A DNA stretch of 64,000 nt, from NCBI GenBank assembly GCA_041665065.1, contig JBAYJM010000003.1, positions 5,183 through 69,182 of the forward strand, in the 5' to 3' direction. Below the pieces are notes generated by a model. The model saw only the letters and a list, made by a program, of their open reading frames with translations. It did not search any database and was not told where the DNA came from. The translations under genes were made by a program, and so were the position numbers. This document shows positions 1-10,314 of the stretch, in pieces (within the stretch, counting starts at the first letter, position 1; the number at the start of each line of letters is the position of its first letter). Source of the DNA: Candidatus Buchananbacteria bacterium (GTDB lineage: Bacteria; Patescibacteriota; Patescibacteriia; 2-01-FULL-39-33).

Positions 1-892
1 GCCCGATCAAAGCCAAAAATTAACCCTAGAACAGCTTGGTTTCCAGCCAAAACAATTGGAAATCATTAAAAGAAATATCGCCAAGCCGCACGGGATGCTT
101 CTTGTTACTGGCCCAACAGGCTCCGGCAAAACCACAACCCTTTATACCATGTTAAATATTTTAAATAATCCGAATGTTAATATTTGCACTATTGAAGACC
201 CTATTGAATATAAAATGGCCGGGATCAATCAAAGCCAAGTACAGCCCAAAATAGGTTTTACTTTTGCTAATGGGCTAAGGTCATTCCTGCGCCAAGATCC
301 GGATATTATTATGGTTGGGGAAATCAGAGACACCGAAACTGCCGAGATTGCGATCAACGCAGCCATGACTGGCCACTTAGTCTTATCCACCCTACACACC
401 AATGATGCAGTGACAACCATCCCCCGCTTTATCGACATGCAAGTTCCCACTTTTTTGATAGCCTCAACCATTAATGTCGTAGTCGCTCAGAGACTTGTCA
501 GAAAAATTTGCAAAAACTGCATTGAGAGCTTTAACCTGGATAAAAAAACCATTGACGAACTAGAACAGCAATTTGATCTTGATAAATTACAGAAAAATCT
601 TTCCCAACAGGGATATTTAATGAAAGGGCAAGATTTTAAATCAATCTTATTTTTTAGGGGCAAAGGCTGCCAACAGTGTGGCGATAGCGGCTACAAAGGA
701 AGAATCGGAATTTATGAAACACTGGAAATTGATGATGAAATATCTGAATTAATCTTAAAAAGAGCGTCCCGTGACGAGCTCGAAAAAACTGCCATTGAAA
801 AAGGCATGACAACCGTTTTGCAAGATGGCTTTATAAAAGCCAAGGCGGGAATTACCACGATTGAAGAGGTTCTAAGGGTAACACAAGAGTAA
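1..892 (+). CDS. pilB: Type IV pilus assembly ATPase PilB/GspE, C-terminal part. The reading frame is open back to the window start, so the gene is 5'-truncated.
   Basis: Walker A motif LLVTGPTGSGKTTT. Asp/His box. C-terminal tetracysteine CKNC...CQQC typical of GspE/PilB. The frame is open from nt 2. PilC follows 6 nt downstream. Confidence 0.9.
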   Translation, partial: PDQSQKLTLEQLGFQPKQLEIIKRNIAKPHGMLLVTGPTGSGKTTTLYTMLNILNNPNVNICTIEDPIEYKMAGINQSQVQPKIGFTFANGLRSFLRQDPDIIMVGEIRDTETAEIAINAAMTGHLVLSTLHTNDAVTTIPRFIDMQVPTFLIASTINVVVAQRLVRKICKNCIESFNLDKKTIDELEQQFDLDKLQKNLSQQGYLMKGQDFKSILFFRGKGCQQCGDSGYKGRIGIYETLEIDDEISELILKRASRDELEKTAIEKGMTTVLQDGFIKAKAGITTIEEVLRVTQE

Positions 893-897
893 ACAAA

Positions 898-1962
898 ATG
901 AAAAATATTGATTTCTCAAAATTTAGTAAAATACCGGCAACGGCAAAAATTTTTTTATTGCAAAATCTATCTGTAATGCTTAGGGCTGGAATTTCGCTTG
1001 CCGATGCCCTAAAGACTTTAAGCGAGGAAAGCAAAAATCAAAAATTGAAAAAAATCCTTTTAGAGACCGCTGAAAAAATCAAGCAGGGCAAAAGCTTATC
1101 AGAAAGCCTGATGCCATATACTAGCGATTTCGGAGAATTATTTGTAAACATGATCAGGGCCGGCGAGGCGTCAGGACGGCTTGAAGATATTTTAAACGAA
1201 CTCTACATCCAACATAAAAAGGATCACCTGATTTTGAGCAAAATAAGAAATGCTCTGACTTATCCGGTTATTATAATAATTGCCATGCTTGGCATTGCTG
1301 CTTTTGTTGTTGTTTTTGTACTACCGACAATAACAAATATGTTTCGAGAGTTAAACGCAGAATTGCCATTACCGACAAAAATTCTCATCTATGTTAGTGA
1401 TTTTATTCACCAAAACGGAATCTACATCGGAATTGCAATTGTAATATTGATCTTTATTGCCATTAAACTTGGCAGAAGTAAAAAGGGTAAGAGTGGCCTG
1501 CATCATTTTATTCTAAAAATACCCATTATCTCAGGCATAATTAAACAAGTCAATCTGGCTCGCGCCGCAAGAAGCCTAAGCTCACTTATAAAAACCGACA
1601 TTGCCATTGTCGATACCCTATCAATAACTTCAAAAATCTTAGGCAATTCCGCTTTTAGGCAAACATTTGCGGAAGCAGCTGAAAAGGTTAAAAAGGGACA
1701 AAAGCTCGCCTCTATTTTTAGAGAATATCCAAAACTTTTCCCTGGAATTTTTATTCAAATGGTAGCTGTGGGCGAAGAAACCGGAGCATTAGATGAAGTT
1801 TTGGCAAACCTGGCGGATTTTTATGAAGAAGAAGTGTCGCAAACCATGGGTAACTTGCCAACGATAATTGAACCGGTTCTAATGCTTCTTATCGGCTGCG
1901 GAGTTGCGGGTATTGCCATTTCCATCTTGCTTCCAATTTATTCCATGACACAAAACATGTAA
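898..1962 (+). CDS. pilC: Type IV pilus inner-membrane platform protein PilC (GspF family)
   Basis: 354 aa. Duplicated GspF-like domains. Three TM segments. Lies between pilB and the pseudopilin genes. Confidence 0.88.
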   Translation: MKNIDFSKFSKIPATAKIFLLQNLSVMLRAGISLADALKTLSEESKNQKLKKILLETAEKIKQGKSLSESLMPYTSDFGELFVNMIRAGEASGRLEDILNELYIQHKKDHLILSKIRNALTYPVIIIIAMLGIAAFVVVFVLPTITNMFRELNAELPLPTKILIYVSDFIHQNGIYIGIAIVILIFIAIKLGRSKKGKSGLHHFILKIPIISGIIKQVNLARAARSLSSLIKTDIAIVDTLSITSKILGNSAFRQTFAEAAEKVKKGQKLASIFREYPKLFPGIFIQMVAVGEETGALDEVLANLADFYEEEVSQTMGNLPTIIEPVLMLLIGCGVAGIAISILLPIYSMTQNM

Positions 1963-1963
1963 T

Positions 1964-2401
1964 ATGAAAAAGATTTCCGGATTTACTTTAGTGGAGCTCA
2001 TAATAGCCATCGCCGTTATTGGGATAATAAGCTCGATAAGCTTGCCAATTTATAAAAACCTTTTACCCACAATTAATCTAAGCTCTTCATCTCGCGATTT
2101 GGCGTCGGATTTAAGATTTGCCCAACAGATGGCCGTTACTGAACAAATTATTTATTCAGTATCTTTTGATAAGATTAATAATAAGTATTCGGTAATTAAA
2201 ACCAGCGACGGCACCGTTAAAACAACAAAAACGCTAAACCGAGAGATAAGCTTTCAAGCGATTAGCGGCTTTGATGATGATAAGGTTGAATTTGTGGCGA
2301 CCGGAGCATCAGTCCAAAACGGAACCATTACTCTAATCAACAGGCAAAATAAAACATCTATAATTGAGATAAAACCATCCGGCTATGTCAAAATTCAATA
2401 A
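1964..2401 (+). CDS. Pseudopilin with a prepilin-type N-terminal cleavage/methylation domain
   Basis: N-terminus KISGFTLVELIIAIAVIGII matches the class III signal peptide G-F-T-L-x-E. 145 aa. Inside the pil operon. Confidence 0.75.
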   Translation: MKKISGFTLVELIIAIAVIGIISSISLPIYKNLLPTINLSSSSRDLASDLRFAQQMAVTEQIIYSVSFDKINNKYSVIKTSDGTVKTTKTLNREISFQAISGFDDDKVEFVATGASVQNGTITLINRQNKTSIIEIKPSGYVKIQ

Positions 2402-2810
2402 TAAGGGAATCTCGTTGATTGAGGCATTAGTCAGTATTGCCATTATTATTATTGTAATTCTGGCAATATCACAGATATTTCCGCTTGCGCTAAAAATTAG
2501 CAATCATGCCGAGCAAGAAACAATCGCCACTAACTTGGCGCAAGCAAAAATTGAGGAAACATTTTCATTGAATTATGAAAATATTCCGACCGGGATAAAT
2601 GAGGCCAAACACAGACTATCTACCGACCCAAACAATCCTTTTTATTATTACCAAAGACAAACAGATGTCCAATATGTTGACGTTGACTTAAATGATTCAG
2701 CCTCAGACACGGGCCTAAAGAAAATTACCACGACTGTATATTGGCAAAGTCCGATATTTAAAACTGAAAAAAATGTTAACCTAATTATACTTATAAGCAA
2801 AAGAAATTGA
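2385..2810 (+). CDS. Pseudopilin (PilV-like minor pilin)
   Basis: N-terminus GISLIEALVSIAIIIIV. Overlaps the upstream gene by 17 nt, which suggests translational coupling. Confidence 0.7.
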   Translation: MSKFNNKGISLIEALVSIAIIIIVILAISQIFPLALKISNHAEQETIATNLAQAKIEETFSLNYENIPTGINEAKHRLSTDPNNPFYYYQRQTDVQYVDVDLNDSASDTGLKKITTTVYWQSPIFKTEKNVNLIILISKRN

Positions 2811-3376
2811 TGAATTGCAAAAATAAAAAAGGCTTTACCTTAATTGAAATAATGATTTCATTAACGATATCGATTCTGCTTTTTTTTATTCTTGCCGAGT
2901 CATATAGCCTGAGCCAAAAAATTTATTTTACCACCGACGCTAAAGCTGAAATAACTCAAAACGGCCGGGTTATACTTGACAGGCTAATAAGAGAGCTAAG
3001 ACAAACACCAGACATTATTACTGATTTACCAGAAACCGTGGGAGCCGGGTCCCCAGCAGCAAAAGAAATTATTTTTCAGGACGGTCATGATACGACTCAA
3101 ATTAATTACATCAGATATTATTTGGATGGCAATAATTTTCAAAGGCAAGAAATGTTTTTTTATTTTGAACCCGATATTGCGACTCATGTATATTTCTATG
3201 CGACCGACATGTATGGTAATGATCCGATCATGGTCACTTCAACGGCAAAAGTTATTGGCGAATACGTTGATGATATTGAATTTTGGGGCGATCGCCTGAC
3301 TAATATAAATCTTTATTTATCAAAAAATGGCCAGTCTGAAATAATAAACACGGCGGTATACGGCCGCAATCTCTAA
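2807..3376 (+). CDS. Pseudopilin (PilW/GspJ-like minor pilin)
   Basis: N-terminus KGFTLIEIMISLTISILL. Start overlaps the upstream stop (ATGA). Confidence 0.7.
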   Translation: MMNCKNKKGFTLIEIMISLTISILLFFILAESYSLSQKIYFTTDAKAEITQNGRVILDRLIRELRQTPDIITDLPETVGAGSPAAKEIIFQDGHDTTQINYIRYYLDGNNFQRQEMFFYFEPDIATHVYFYATDMYGNDPIMVTSTAKVIGEYVDDIEFWGDRLTNINLYLSKNGQSEIINTAVYGRNL

Positions 3377-3378
3377 AA

Positions 3379-4575
3379 ATGATGATAAAAAATAAAAGGG
3401 GCTTTATTTTAATGGCAACAACATTTATAACTGCATTATTGCTTCTGCTTTCTGCATATGTTTTAAATTTTACCTTGACTGAACTAAAAATTTCCACCAG
3501 CCAAGCGGTCGCAACGCAAGCCTACTATTTAGCTGAAAGCGGTGTTGCTGAAGCCATTTGGAGACTGAAAAATGATTCGTCATGGAAAAGCTCTTTTGAA
3601 GATAATCCATCATGGACCATTCATCTTGTTAAAAATAATGCGCTGTTTTCTGGGGGGTCATACACGATAGACATCGTAAATTCGGGGCAGGCTCGCGGCG
3701 AAATAACAGTAACCGGAAAGATCAACAAAGGAAATTCCACCGCTCAAAGAGTTATAAAAACCTCAGTCTATAAAGCAATTGGCGAAAGTCCTCTCGCAGA
3801 CGTTGCAGAATATGCCGATGGAAATATTGACATATCAGGCTCACTATTAAATGTATATAACGGAAGCCTAGCCTCAAACAATAATGTAATAATCAATTTT
3901 TGGAGTGGCGTTAATGTAGACAATAGAGTCGCGGCCGGAGTGAAAATTATTAAACATTCAAATTCCATTCTTAATGCCGCAAGCACGCTGGAGAATGCGC
4001 CAGTAGTGCCAATGCCTGCTGTATCATTTGATGATTTATCAGACCTCAATTCATTTAAAAATAAAGCTGGCAGTCAAGTCTATACCGAAAACCAATTTGC
4101 TGCCATGATGAATGCCAACCACAACCTGACTTTAAACGGAGTAACCTATGTTACCGGCGACATTACAGTACCATATACGCAAACGCTGACGATTAATGGC
4201 GCCCTGGTTGCCGATAAGGACATCACAATCGGCGAGAATGATTGGCGATGCATTTTTTCCGGCCGAGCGAATGTCAATGTCAACACACAACCAGGCTCCC
4301 CTTCCGGTATTTTTTCTAAACGTAAAATTAATTTTGAACTTTGCTTGGGTAGTTTTAATGCGGCCGGATTGATTTATGCCAATGATCAAATAGACATTCT
4401 TAGCGTACCCAATATAATGAATATTGTTGGAGGCGTAATTTCAAGAAAATTGACTTTAACAAGTATTTGGCAGGGCGTTAATATAACACTAAATGAGGAA
4501 AATATAATTTCCGGGCTCGGAAGCGCACTTTTTTCTCCGGTCATAACAGTAGAACACTGGGAAGAACAATACTAG
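3379..4575 (+). CDS. PilX-like minor pilin / pilus tip-associated protein
   Basis: N-terminus RGFILMATTFITALLLLLSAYVL, followed by an AYYLAESGVAEA motif resembling the PilX N-terminal domain. 398 aa, Asn/Gly-rich. Confidence 0.6.
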   Translation: MMIKNKRGFILMATTFITALLLLLSAYVLNFTLTELKISTSQAVATQAYYLAESGVAEAIWRLKNDSSWKSSFEDNPSWTIHLVKNNALFSGGSYTIDIVNSGQARGEITVTGKINKGNSTAQRVIKTSVYKAIGESPLADVAEYADGNIDISGSLLNVYNGSLASNNNVIINFWSGVNVDNRVAAGVKIIKHSNSILNAASTLENAPVVPMPAVSFDDLSDLNSFKNKAGSQVYTENQFAAMMNANHNLTLNGVTYVTGDITVPYTQTLTINGALVADKDITIGENDWRCIFSGRANVNVNTQPGSPSGIFSKRKINFELCLGSFNAAGLIYANDQIDILSVPNIMNIVGGVISRKLTLTSIWQGVNITLNEENIISGLGSALFSPVITVEHWEEQY

Positions 4576-4627
4576 GGAATTTTATATATTTTTGCTATAA
4601 TAATTAAAATAGCTTGCATAAAATATC

Positions 4628-5677
4628 ATGTCTTTTTTTGTTACAAATAACAATGCCTTTGGCCTTGACATCTCAGATGGCGGTCTTCGTTTGATTCAAA
4701 TGTGTAAAAAAAATAAAAAGGTTGCAATTCAACTCTATAATGATATCAACCTGCCAAATGACTGTGTAATAGAAGGTGAAATTAAAAATCAAAAGGTTTT
4801 TTTGGATCATTTAAACAAGCTGCTTAAGACACACATGGGTCATGGCAAAATATCCCATGAGGTAATCTGTTCATTACCGGAATCCAATACTTTTTTAAAG
4901 CAACTTACTATTGAAAAATGCAACGAAGAAGAAGTAAAAAACAAGGTGGAGGAGGTTTTGCCTCAGCACTTGCCTATGGCCATGGAGGATCTATATCTGG
5001 ATTGCCAGATTATAAAAACAGATGAAAGTACCATGGATATACTAATAGGCGCCTCGCCAAAACAAATTGTCGATTCATACATGGAAATACTTGATATGGC
5101 AGGACTCATTCCATCAATATTAGAAATCGAAGCGGCCGCTATTTCACGGCTTGTTATTGAACAAAATGGTGGCATACAGCCGCAGATTATAATTGATATG
5201 GGAGCAACGCGTACAGGACTATTAATCTATGATGAAAATACTGTAAAATTTACCGTCAGCTTACCCGTATCAGGACAAAAAATAACTGAACTTATCTCTC
5301 AAACTCTTGACCTCGACAAAGAAAAAGCTGAAAAAGCTAAACTTGTTTGCGGCCTTGATTCCGCTAAATGCCAAGGGGCACTACTAGAAATATTTTCTGA
5401 AACAATAGATGACCTATGTGTTCATATCCAATCTGCCATGGATTTCTATAAAATAAATTTCAATAATAAAAAAATAGAAAAAATTACTCTTTGCGGAGGA
5501 GGGGCGAATTTTATTGGAATAGACAGCCTTCTGCAACAAAAGCTAAACTTGAAAGTTGAAATTGCCAATCCTTTTATAAATATTGCCAATCCTAATAAAA
5601 ACTACTTTACGCCTCAGAGATCCCAATCCTATATTGCCGCTATTGGCCTTGGACTAAGAGGTATTTGCCGCCATTAA
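4628..5677 (+). CDS. pilM: Type IV pilus assembly protein PilM (actin-like ATPase fold)
   Basis: N-terminal FGLDISDGGLRLIQ motif. 349 aa. Followed by PilN- and PilO-like genes. Confidence 0.85.
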   Translation: MSFFVTNNNAFGLDISDGGLRLIQMCKKNKKVAIQLYNDINLPNDCVIEGEIKNQKVFLDHLNKLLKTHMGHGKISHEVICSLPESNTFLKQLTIEKCNEEEVKNKVEEVLPQHLPMAMEDLYLDCQIIKTDESTMDILIGASPKQIVDSYMEILDMAGLIPSILEIEAAAISRLVIEQNGGIQPQIIIDMGATRTGLLIYDENTVKFTVSLPVSGQKITELISQTLDLDKEKAEKAKLVCGLDSAKCQGALLEIFSETIDDLCVHIQSAMDFYKINFNNKKIEKITLCGGGANFIGIDSLLQQKLNLKVEIANPFINIANPNKNYFTPQRSQSYIAAIGLGLRGICRH

Positions 5678-5678
5678 T

Positions 5679-6215
5679 ATGATAACCATAAATTTGGTTC
5701 CGCAGGAACATAAAGAAAAAATCCAAAGAAAAAAAATTTACGTTTCTATAAAAGAAGCTCTTTTGATAATATTACTCTTTTCTTCAGTTGCTTCCATTTT
5801 ACTTATACTTTCAAAATTTTATCTTGAGGATCAATTAGCGAGGCTCACCGATCAAAATAGCCATGGCATAGCGGCCATCCAATTAACTAATACAAAGATA
5901 AAGGCATTAAACAATAAAATCATCGAGGCATATACGGTACAAAAAAACTTCAAATCATGGACAGCTGCAATTAATCCTATCCACGTAAGCAAAGGAGATA
6001 AAATAACCTTTTCTTCATTAAAGATTTTTAAACAACAGTCAAGTATTGAAATAACTGGCGTCGCCAAAACAAGAGCCGACTTAGTTGCCTTTCAAAAAAG
6101 GCTCCAAAAAATTGACGGTTTTACAAAAGTAAATTTACCAATTAGCGACCTCATCAATAAGGGAAATAACGGTTTTACAATTAGAATAGAAATCGATTTA
6201 AACAAGCTGCCATGA
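5679..6215 (+). CDS. pilN: PilN-like pilus assembly protein
   Basis: 178 aa. Single N-terminal TM then a coiled-coil. Start is 2 nt after the pilM stop. Position in the operon supports the call. Confidence 0.65.
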   Translation: MITINLVPQEHKEKIQRKKIYVSIKEALLIILLFSSVASILLILSKFYLEDQLARLTDQNSHGIAAIQLTNTKIKALNNKIIEAYTVQKNFKSWTAAINPIHVSKGDKITFSSLKIFKQQSSIEITGVAKTRADLVAFQKRLQKIDGFTKVNLPISDLINKGNNGFTIRIEIDLNKLP

Positions 6216-6736
6216 ACTTGAAAAAGAATAAATTTATAATTGCTATTTTTGCCATAACTGCCTGTTGCGCAGTCGTGATTGCATTTTTGATCATCCCCAA
6301 CATCCAAGATATTGTGAAAATCAATCAAGATATTATATTTCAAAGAGAAGACCTTGAAAAGAAAGCCGCTCTTGGGCTTAACATAAAACAAATTTCTTCC
6401 GAAATTTCAGCAATGGAAAAAAACAGCGCCGAGTTAAATAAAATGTATATAAAATCCGGAAAGGAATTAGAATTTTTAACCCTGCTTGACGAAATAGCTC
6501 AAAAAAACAATGTTGATGCTCAAGCAGTTCCACAATTTCCCGAAAAGAATGCCGAAAAATTAACAAAAATACCCTTAACAATTATCATAAAGGGAAAATT
6601 TGTAAATGTTTTTAGCTATATCGGGAGCCTTGAAACAATGCCATATTATTACAATATTGATTCACTGGAAATCCAAGAAGGGGCGAATGACGCAACAACG
6701 GCAAACCTAACCGGTAACATTTATCTAAATAGATAA
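6212..6736 (+). CDS. pilO: PilO-like pilus assembly protein
   Basis: 174 aa. N-terminal TM plus a coiled-coil. Overlaps the pilN stop (ATGA). Confidence 0.6.
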   Translation: MNLKKNKFIIAIFAITACCAVVIAFLIIPNIQDIVKINQDIIFQREDLEKKAALGLNIKQISSEISAMEKNSAELNKMYIKSGKELEFLTLLDEIAQKNNVDAQAVPQFPEKNAEKLTKIPLTIIIKGKFVNVFSYIGSLETMPYYYNIDSLEIQEGANDATTANLTGNIYLNR

Positions 6737-6743
6737 ACCTAAA

Positions 6744-7064
6744 ATGAAAAAAATCAATCCACAAAAAACTTATAGTTTTTTTGAAAAATATCTAAACACC
6801 CTGGTCTTGGCTGCCGTGGTTATAATTCTTGGAGTGCTTATTTATTTTTTATACACTAATTTTTATTTAACTCTCTCAGAAGCAAAGGTCGTGACCTCAT
6901 TACAAAATAAGGTAATTTCTGAAAGATTAGAAAAAGAAAAATTTTACCTGATACTCGATAATATCAATAAAAAAACATCAAAGAAAATTGAATCAATTTC
7001 ATCATCAAGCCCATCACTGGCTAACACGTCAACCAGCTCAACAATTCCTAAATTAAGAAACTAA
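6744..7064 (+). CDS. Small single-TM protein, last gene of the pil operon. Its function is unknown.
   Basis: 106 aa. One TM helix and a Ser-rich tail. Followed by an intrinsic terminator. Confidence 0.4.
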   Translation: MKKINPQKTYSFFEKYLNTLVLAAVVIILGVLIYFLYTNFYLTLSEAKVVTSLQNKVISERLEKEKFYLILDNINKKTSKKIESISSSSPSLANTSTSSTIPKLRN

Positions 7065-7091
7065 AAAATCCGGGCAACCGGATTTTTTTTA
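7062..7091. terminator. Bidirectional intrinsic terminator. It ends the pil operon on the plus strand and iscS on the minus strand.
   Basis: Sequence aaaaaATCCGGgcaaCCGGATttttttt. Stem ATCCGG/CCGGAT with an A-run on one side and a T-run on the other. Confidence 0.8.
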
Positions 7092-7101
7092 TTTCAATAG
7101 T

Positions 7102-8295
7102 TTATTTAATCGGCGACATTTCCCTTAGCCTTAAAATTATAGGGGGCAAAACTCTTAATAGATAATCTACTTCTTTTTTGTTATTAAATCTTCCAAGACT
7201 GAATCGTATGCTCCCGTGCGCCAATTCCGGCTTGACTCCAATAGCACTTAAGACATGAGACGGTTCAAGTGAACCGGATGAGCAGGCAGAACCGGTAGAA
7301 ACGGCTATGCCTTTTTGGGAAAGCATAAGCAAAATACTTTCGCCTTCCGCCCCCTCAAAAATAATACTGGCATTAGAGTGTAATCTTTTTTCCATGTCGC
7401 CGTTAACGGAAATATTATCTATTTTTGACTTTATTCCCCTAACCAAGTAGTCCCTTAAACTTTTTAGCTTGTTGTTCTTCTTCTGGGACTGTGTTTTCAT
7501 GATGATGTCGACGGCTTTTGCCATTCCAACTATGCCGGCAACATTGTAAGTTCCCGGCCTGACATTGTTTTGTTGGTGTCCGCCAAAAATTTGCGCTCGA
7601 AATGGGGTGTTTTTTTTCAAATACAACACGCCAACGCCTTTGGGTCCATAAATTTTATGAGCTGAAAATGAAAGCAAATCTACTCCTAATTTTTTGACAT
7701 TCATATCTAAATAACCGGCCGCTTGCGTGGCATCAGTGTGAAAATAAATTTTATTTTTTCTACCGTCGTTTATTTTTTTAATTTCTTTTCCTATCTCTGC
7801 AATCGGTTGTGTTGTACCAATTTCATTATTAGCATACATGACAGAGATCAGCACAGTATTGTCTTTAATTTCCTTGCAAATCGAATTAACATCCATCAGG
7901 CCTTTGGAATTCGGCTTTACAAAAGTGACATCCGCCCCGTCTCTAGCCAGCTGTTTTGCCGGCTCCAATACAGCATCATGTTCAATGGCGGAGACGATAA
8001 TATGGGGCTTTAAATTGGAATTTGTCCTTTTAATGGCCTCCACGGGCCCCCAAATAGCCATATTATCGCTTTCTGTCGCACCAGAGGTGAAATACACCTC
8101 CTCAGCGCTACAGCCCAAAAAAGAGGCTATTTTTTGCTTTGCTTGATCAACGGCATTTTTGGCGTCCCTGCCAGCAAAATGCAACGAAGAAGCATTGCCA
8201 AATTGATTTTTTAAAAATGGCTCCATAGCCTTAAAAACAGCCGGGTCGAGTGGTGTAGTGGCCGCATTATCAAAATAAACTTTAATTGTTGCCAT
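7102..8295 (-). CDS. iscS: Cysteine desulfurase IscS/NifS (PLP-dependent)
   Basis: SAHKIYGPKGVGVLY motif containing the PLP lysine. Active-site region GSACSSGSLEPSHVL. The start is set at MATIKVYFDNAATTP because the longer ORF overlaps rmlA. Confidence 0.9.
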   Translation of the reverse strand: MATIKVYFDNAATTPLDPAVFKAMEPFLKNQFGNASSLHFAGRDAKNAVDQAKQKIASFLGCSAEEVYFTSGATESDNMAIWGPVEAIKRTNSNLKPHIIVSAIEHDAVLEPAKQLARDGADVTFVKPNSKGLMDVNSICKEIKDNTVLISVMYANNEIGTTQPIAEIGKEIKKINDGRKNKIYFHTDATQAAGYLDMNVKKLGVDLLSFSAHKIYGPKGVGVLYLKKNTPFRAQIFGGHQQNNVRPGTYNVAGIVGMAKAVDIIMKTQSQKKNNKLKSLRDYLVRGIKSKIDNISVNGDMEKRLHSNASIIFEGAEGESILLMLSQKGIAVSTGSACSSGSLEPSHVLSAIGVKPELAHGSIRFSLGRFNNKKEVDYLLRVLPPIILRLREMSPIK

Positions 8296-9025
8296 ATAAA
8301 TTATTTTTAACTTTTTTTGCAATTAAATTTGAAGCTGCCAGAAGAGACTCAAACGTTCCTGCATCGGTCCAATCACCTCTTAACGTTTCATAAGTCATTA
8401 TACTATTATCAATATAAAAATTATTTACATCAGTTATTTCAAGCTCGCCCCTGCCTGAAGGCTTAAGGGTTTTGATTATTTCCCAAACCTGGCTGTCATA
8501 ACAGTAGAACCCAGTAACTGCCAAATTAGATTTCGGCTCGGACGGTTTTTCTTCAATTTTTTTTACGGCGCTTCCATTTAATTCGGCTACTCCAAATCTA
8601 CTAGGATCAACCACCTCTTTTAAAAAAATTTTAGCCCCCCTATTCTGTACTGCAAAGTCGCTGACACCATTTTTAATCTGGTCGTATTCGGCATAAATAT
8701 TATCTCCCAAAATAACAGCTATTTTATCATTATCTGCGAAATCCTCGCAAAGACCAAGCGCCTCAGCTATACCTCCGGCCTTCTCCTGCACTGCGTATGA
8801 AATTCTTATGCCATAATCCCTGCCCGATCCAAGCAATTCAAGAAAATGCCCGGCGTGACCGGTACCCGATACGATCATAATATCCTTAATTCCTGCTGCC
8901 ATTAATGTTTCTAGAGGATAAAGAATCATCGGCTTATCATAAACAGGAAGAAGATGTTTATTAGTAACTTTTGTGCAAGGCATCAGCCTCGTACCATGGC
9001 CTCCAGCAAGAATTATACCGCGCAT
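8282..9025 (-). CDS. rfbA: Glucose-1-phosphate thymidylyltransferase (short RmlA-type sugar nucleotidyltransferase)
   Basis: N-terminus MRGIILAGGHGTRLMPCTKVTNKHLLPVYDKPMILYPLETL matches the RmlA signature G-x-G-T-R-L. 247 aa. Confidence 0.8.
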   Translation of the reverse strand: MRGIILAGGHGTRLMPCTKVTNKHLLPVYDKPMILYPLETLMAAGIKDIMIVSGTGHAGHFLELLGSGRDYGIRISYAVQEKAGGIAEALGLCEDFADNDKIAVILGDNIYAEYDQIKNGVSDFAVQNRGAKIFLKEVVDPSRFGVAELNGSAVKKIEEKPSEPKSNLAVTGFYCYDSQVWEIIKTLKPSGRGELEITDVNNFYIDNSIMTYETLRGDWTDAGTFESLLAASNLIAKKVKNNLYGNN

Positions 9026-9046
9026 TTTTTTATATTTATTTTTTAG

Positions 9047-10060
9047 TTATACCGAGATATATTGTTTTTCGTAATAGTTTTGATATTCTCCTCCTTTTAC
9101 CCTATTAACCCACTCCTGATTGTCCATATACCACTTGACTGTCATTTCCAAATATTTATCAAAACCATAGAGTGGCTTATAGCCCAAATCCCTCTCAGCT
9201 TTAGAAAAATTTACCGCGTATCTTCGATCGTGAGCCGGCCTGTCTTTGACAAATTCAATCATGTCTTCATTTTTTCCCAAAATAGCCAGCACTTTTTTCA
9301 CTAATTCTAAATTATTAACTTTTTCGGTCATTCCACCAATGCAATATGTTTCCTTATTTTTTCCACTTTGAATAATTAGTTCAATAGCTCGACAATGATC
9401 ATCAACATAAAGCCAGTCCCTTATATATTTGCCATCGCCATATACCGGGATTTTTTTATCAGATAAGACATTTGAAATCATCAGAGGCAAGAATTTTTCC
9501 GGGAATTGGAAAGGACCGAAATTATTAGAGCAGTTAGAAATCGTATAGGACAAATCAAAAGTGTCTCCAAAAGATCTCACCAAATGGTCTGATCCAGCCT
9601 TAGAAGCGGAATAAGGACTGTGCGGATCATAAGGAGTTTTTTCGTCAAACTTATTATCACCCTCTAAGTCCAGCGATCCAAATACCTCATCAGTCGAAAC
9701 ATGATGGATTTTCTTATTTCCATTTTTAACCGCTGCATCCAAAAGAACTTGAGTCCCCACAATGTTTGTAATGACAAATGGAGTTGAATCCATAATTGAT
9801 CTATCAACATGAGACTCTGCCGCAAAATGGATTATTTGATCTATGTCGCTTACCAATTCATTAACCAATTCTCGATCACATATATCACCTTTTACAAATC
9901 TATAATTAGGATTTTCCTGCACATCTTTCAAATTTTCCAAATTACCCGCATAAGTGAGTTTATCCAAATTAACAATTTGATCATTAGGATGATTATTTAA
10001 CCAATATCTAATAAAATTAGATCCGATAAATCCTGCTCCTCCGGTTACTAATATTTTCAT
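9047..10060 (-). CDS. rfbB: dTDP-glucose 4,6-dehydratase (RmlB, SDR family)
   Basis: MKILVTGGAGFIGSN Rossmann motif. YSASKAGSDHLV catalytic Tyr-x3-Lys. 337 aa. Confidence 0.9.
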   Translation of the reverse strand: MKILVTGGAGFIGSNFIRYWLNNHPNDQIVNLDKLTYAGNLENLKDVQENPNYRFVKGDICDRELVNELVSDIDQIIHFAAESHVDRSIMDSTPFVITNIVGTQVLLDAAVKNGNKKIHHVSTDEVFGSLDLEGDNKFDEKTPYDPHSPYSASKAGSDHLVRSFGDTFDLSYTISNCSNNFGPFQFPEKFLPLMISNVLSDKKIPVYGDGKYIRDWLYVDDHCRAIELIIQSGKNKETYCIGGMTEKVNNLELVKKVLAILGKNEDMIEFVKDRPAHDRRYAVNFSKAERDLGYKPLYGFDKYLEMTVKWYMDNQEWVNRVKGGEYQNYYEKQYISV

Positions 10061-10080
10061 AATGCCAATTAATTTCCAAA

Positions 10081-10305
10081 TTAAACAGCCTGGACTATTT
10101 TTACTTCCGGAACTTTTTCTCTAACGGCCTTTGCGATTCCCTGTTGAAGGGTAACCATTGCCATAGGACAGCCATGGCATGCACCCTGAAGTTTTAACTT
10201 TAAAATTCCATCGCTTTCATCAAATGACACAAACTCAACATCGCCACCATCCATTTGCAAATGAGGACGAAATTCATCTAGAGCAGCTTTTATTTTTTCG
10301 ATCAT
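10081..10305 (-). CDS. Nfu-type Fe-S cluster carrier (NifU C-terminal domain)
   Basis: 74 aa. GACHGCPMAMVTLQ CxxC motif typical of the NifU C-terminal domain. Confidence 0.75.
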   Translation of the reverse strand: MIEKIKAALDEFRPHLQMDGGDVEFVSFDESDGILKLKLQGACHGCPMAMVTLQQGIAKAVREKVPEVKIVQAV

Positions 10306-10314
10306 ATTTTTATA

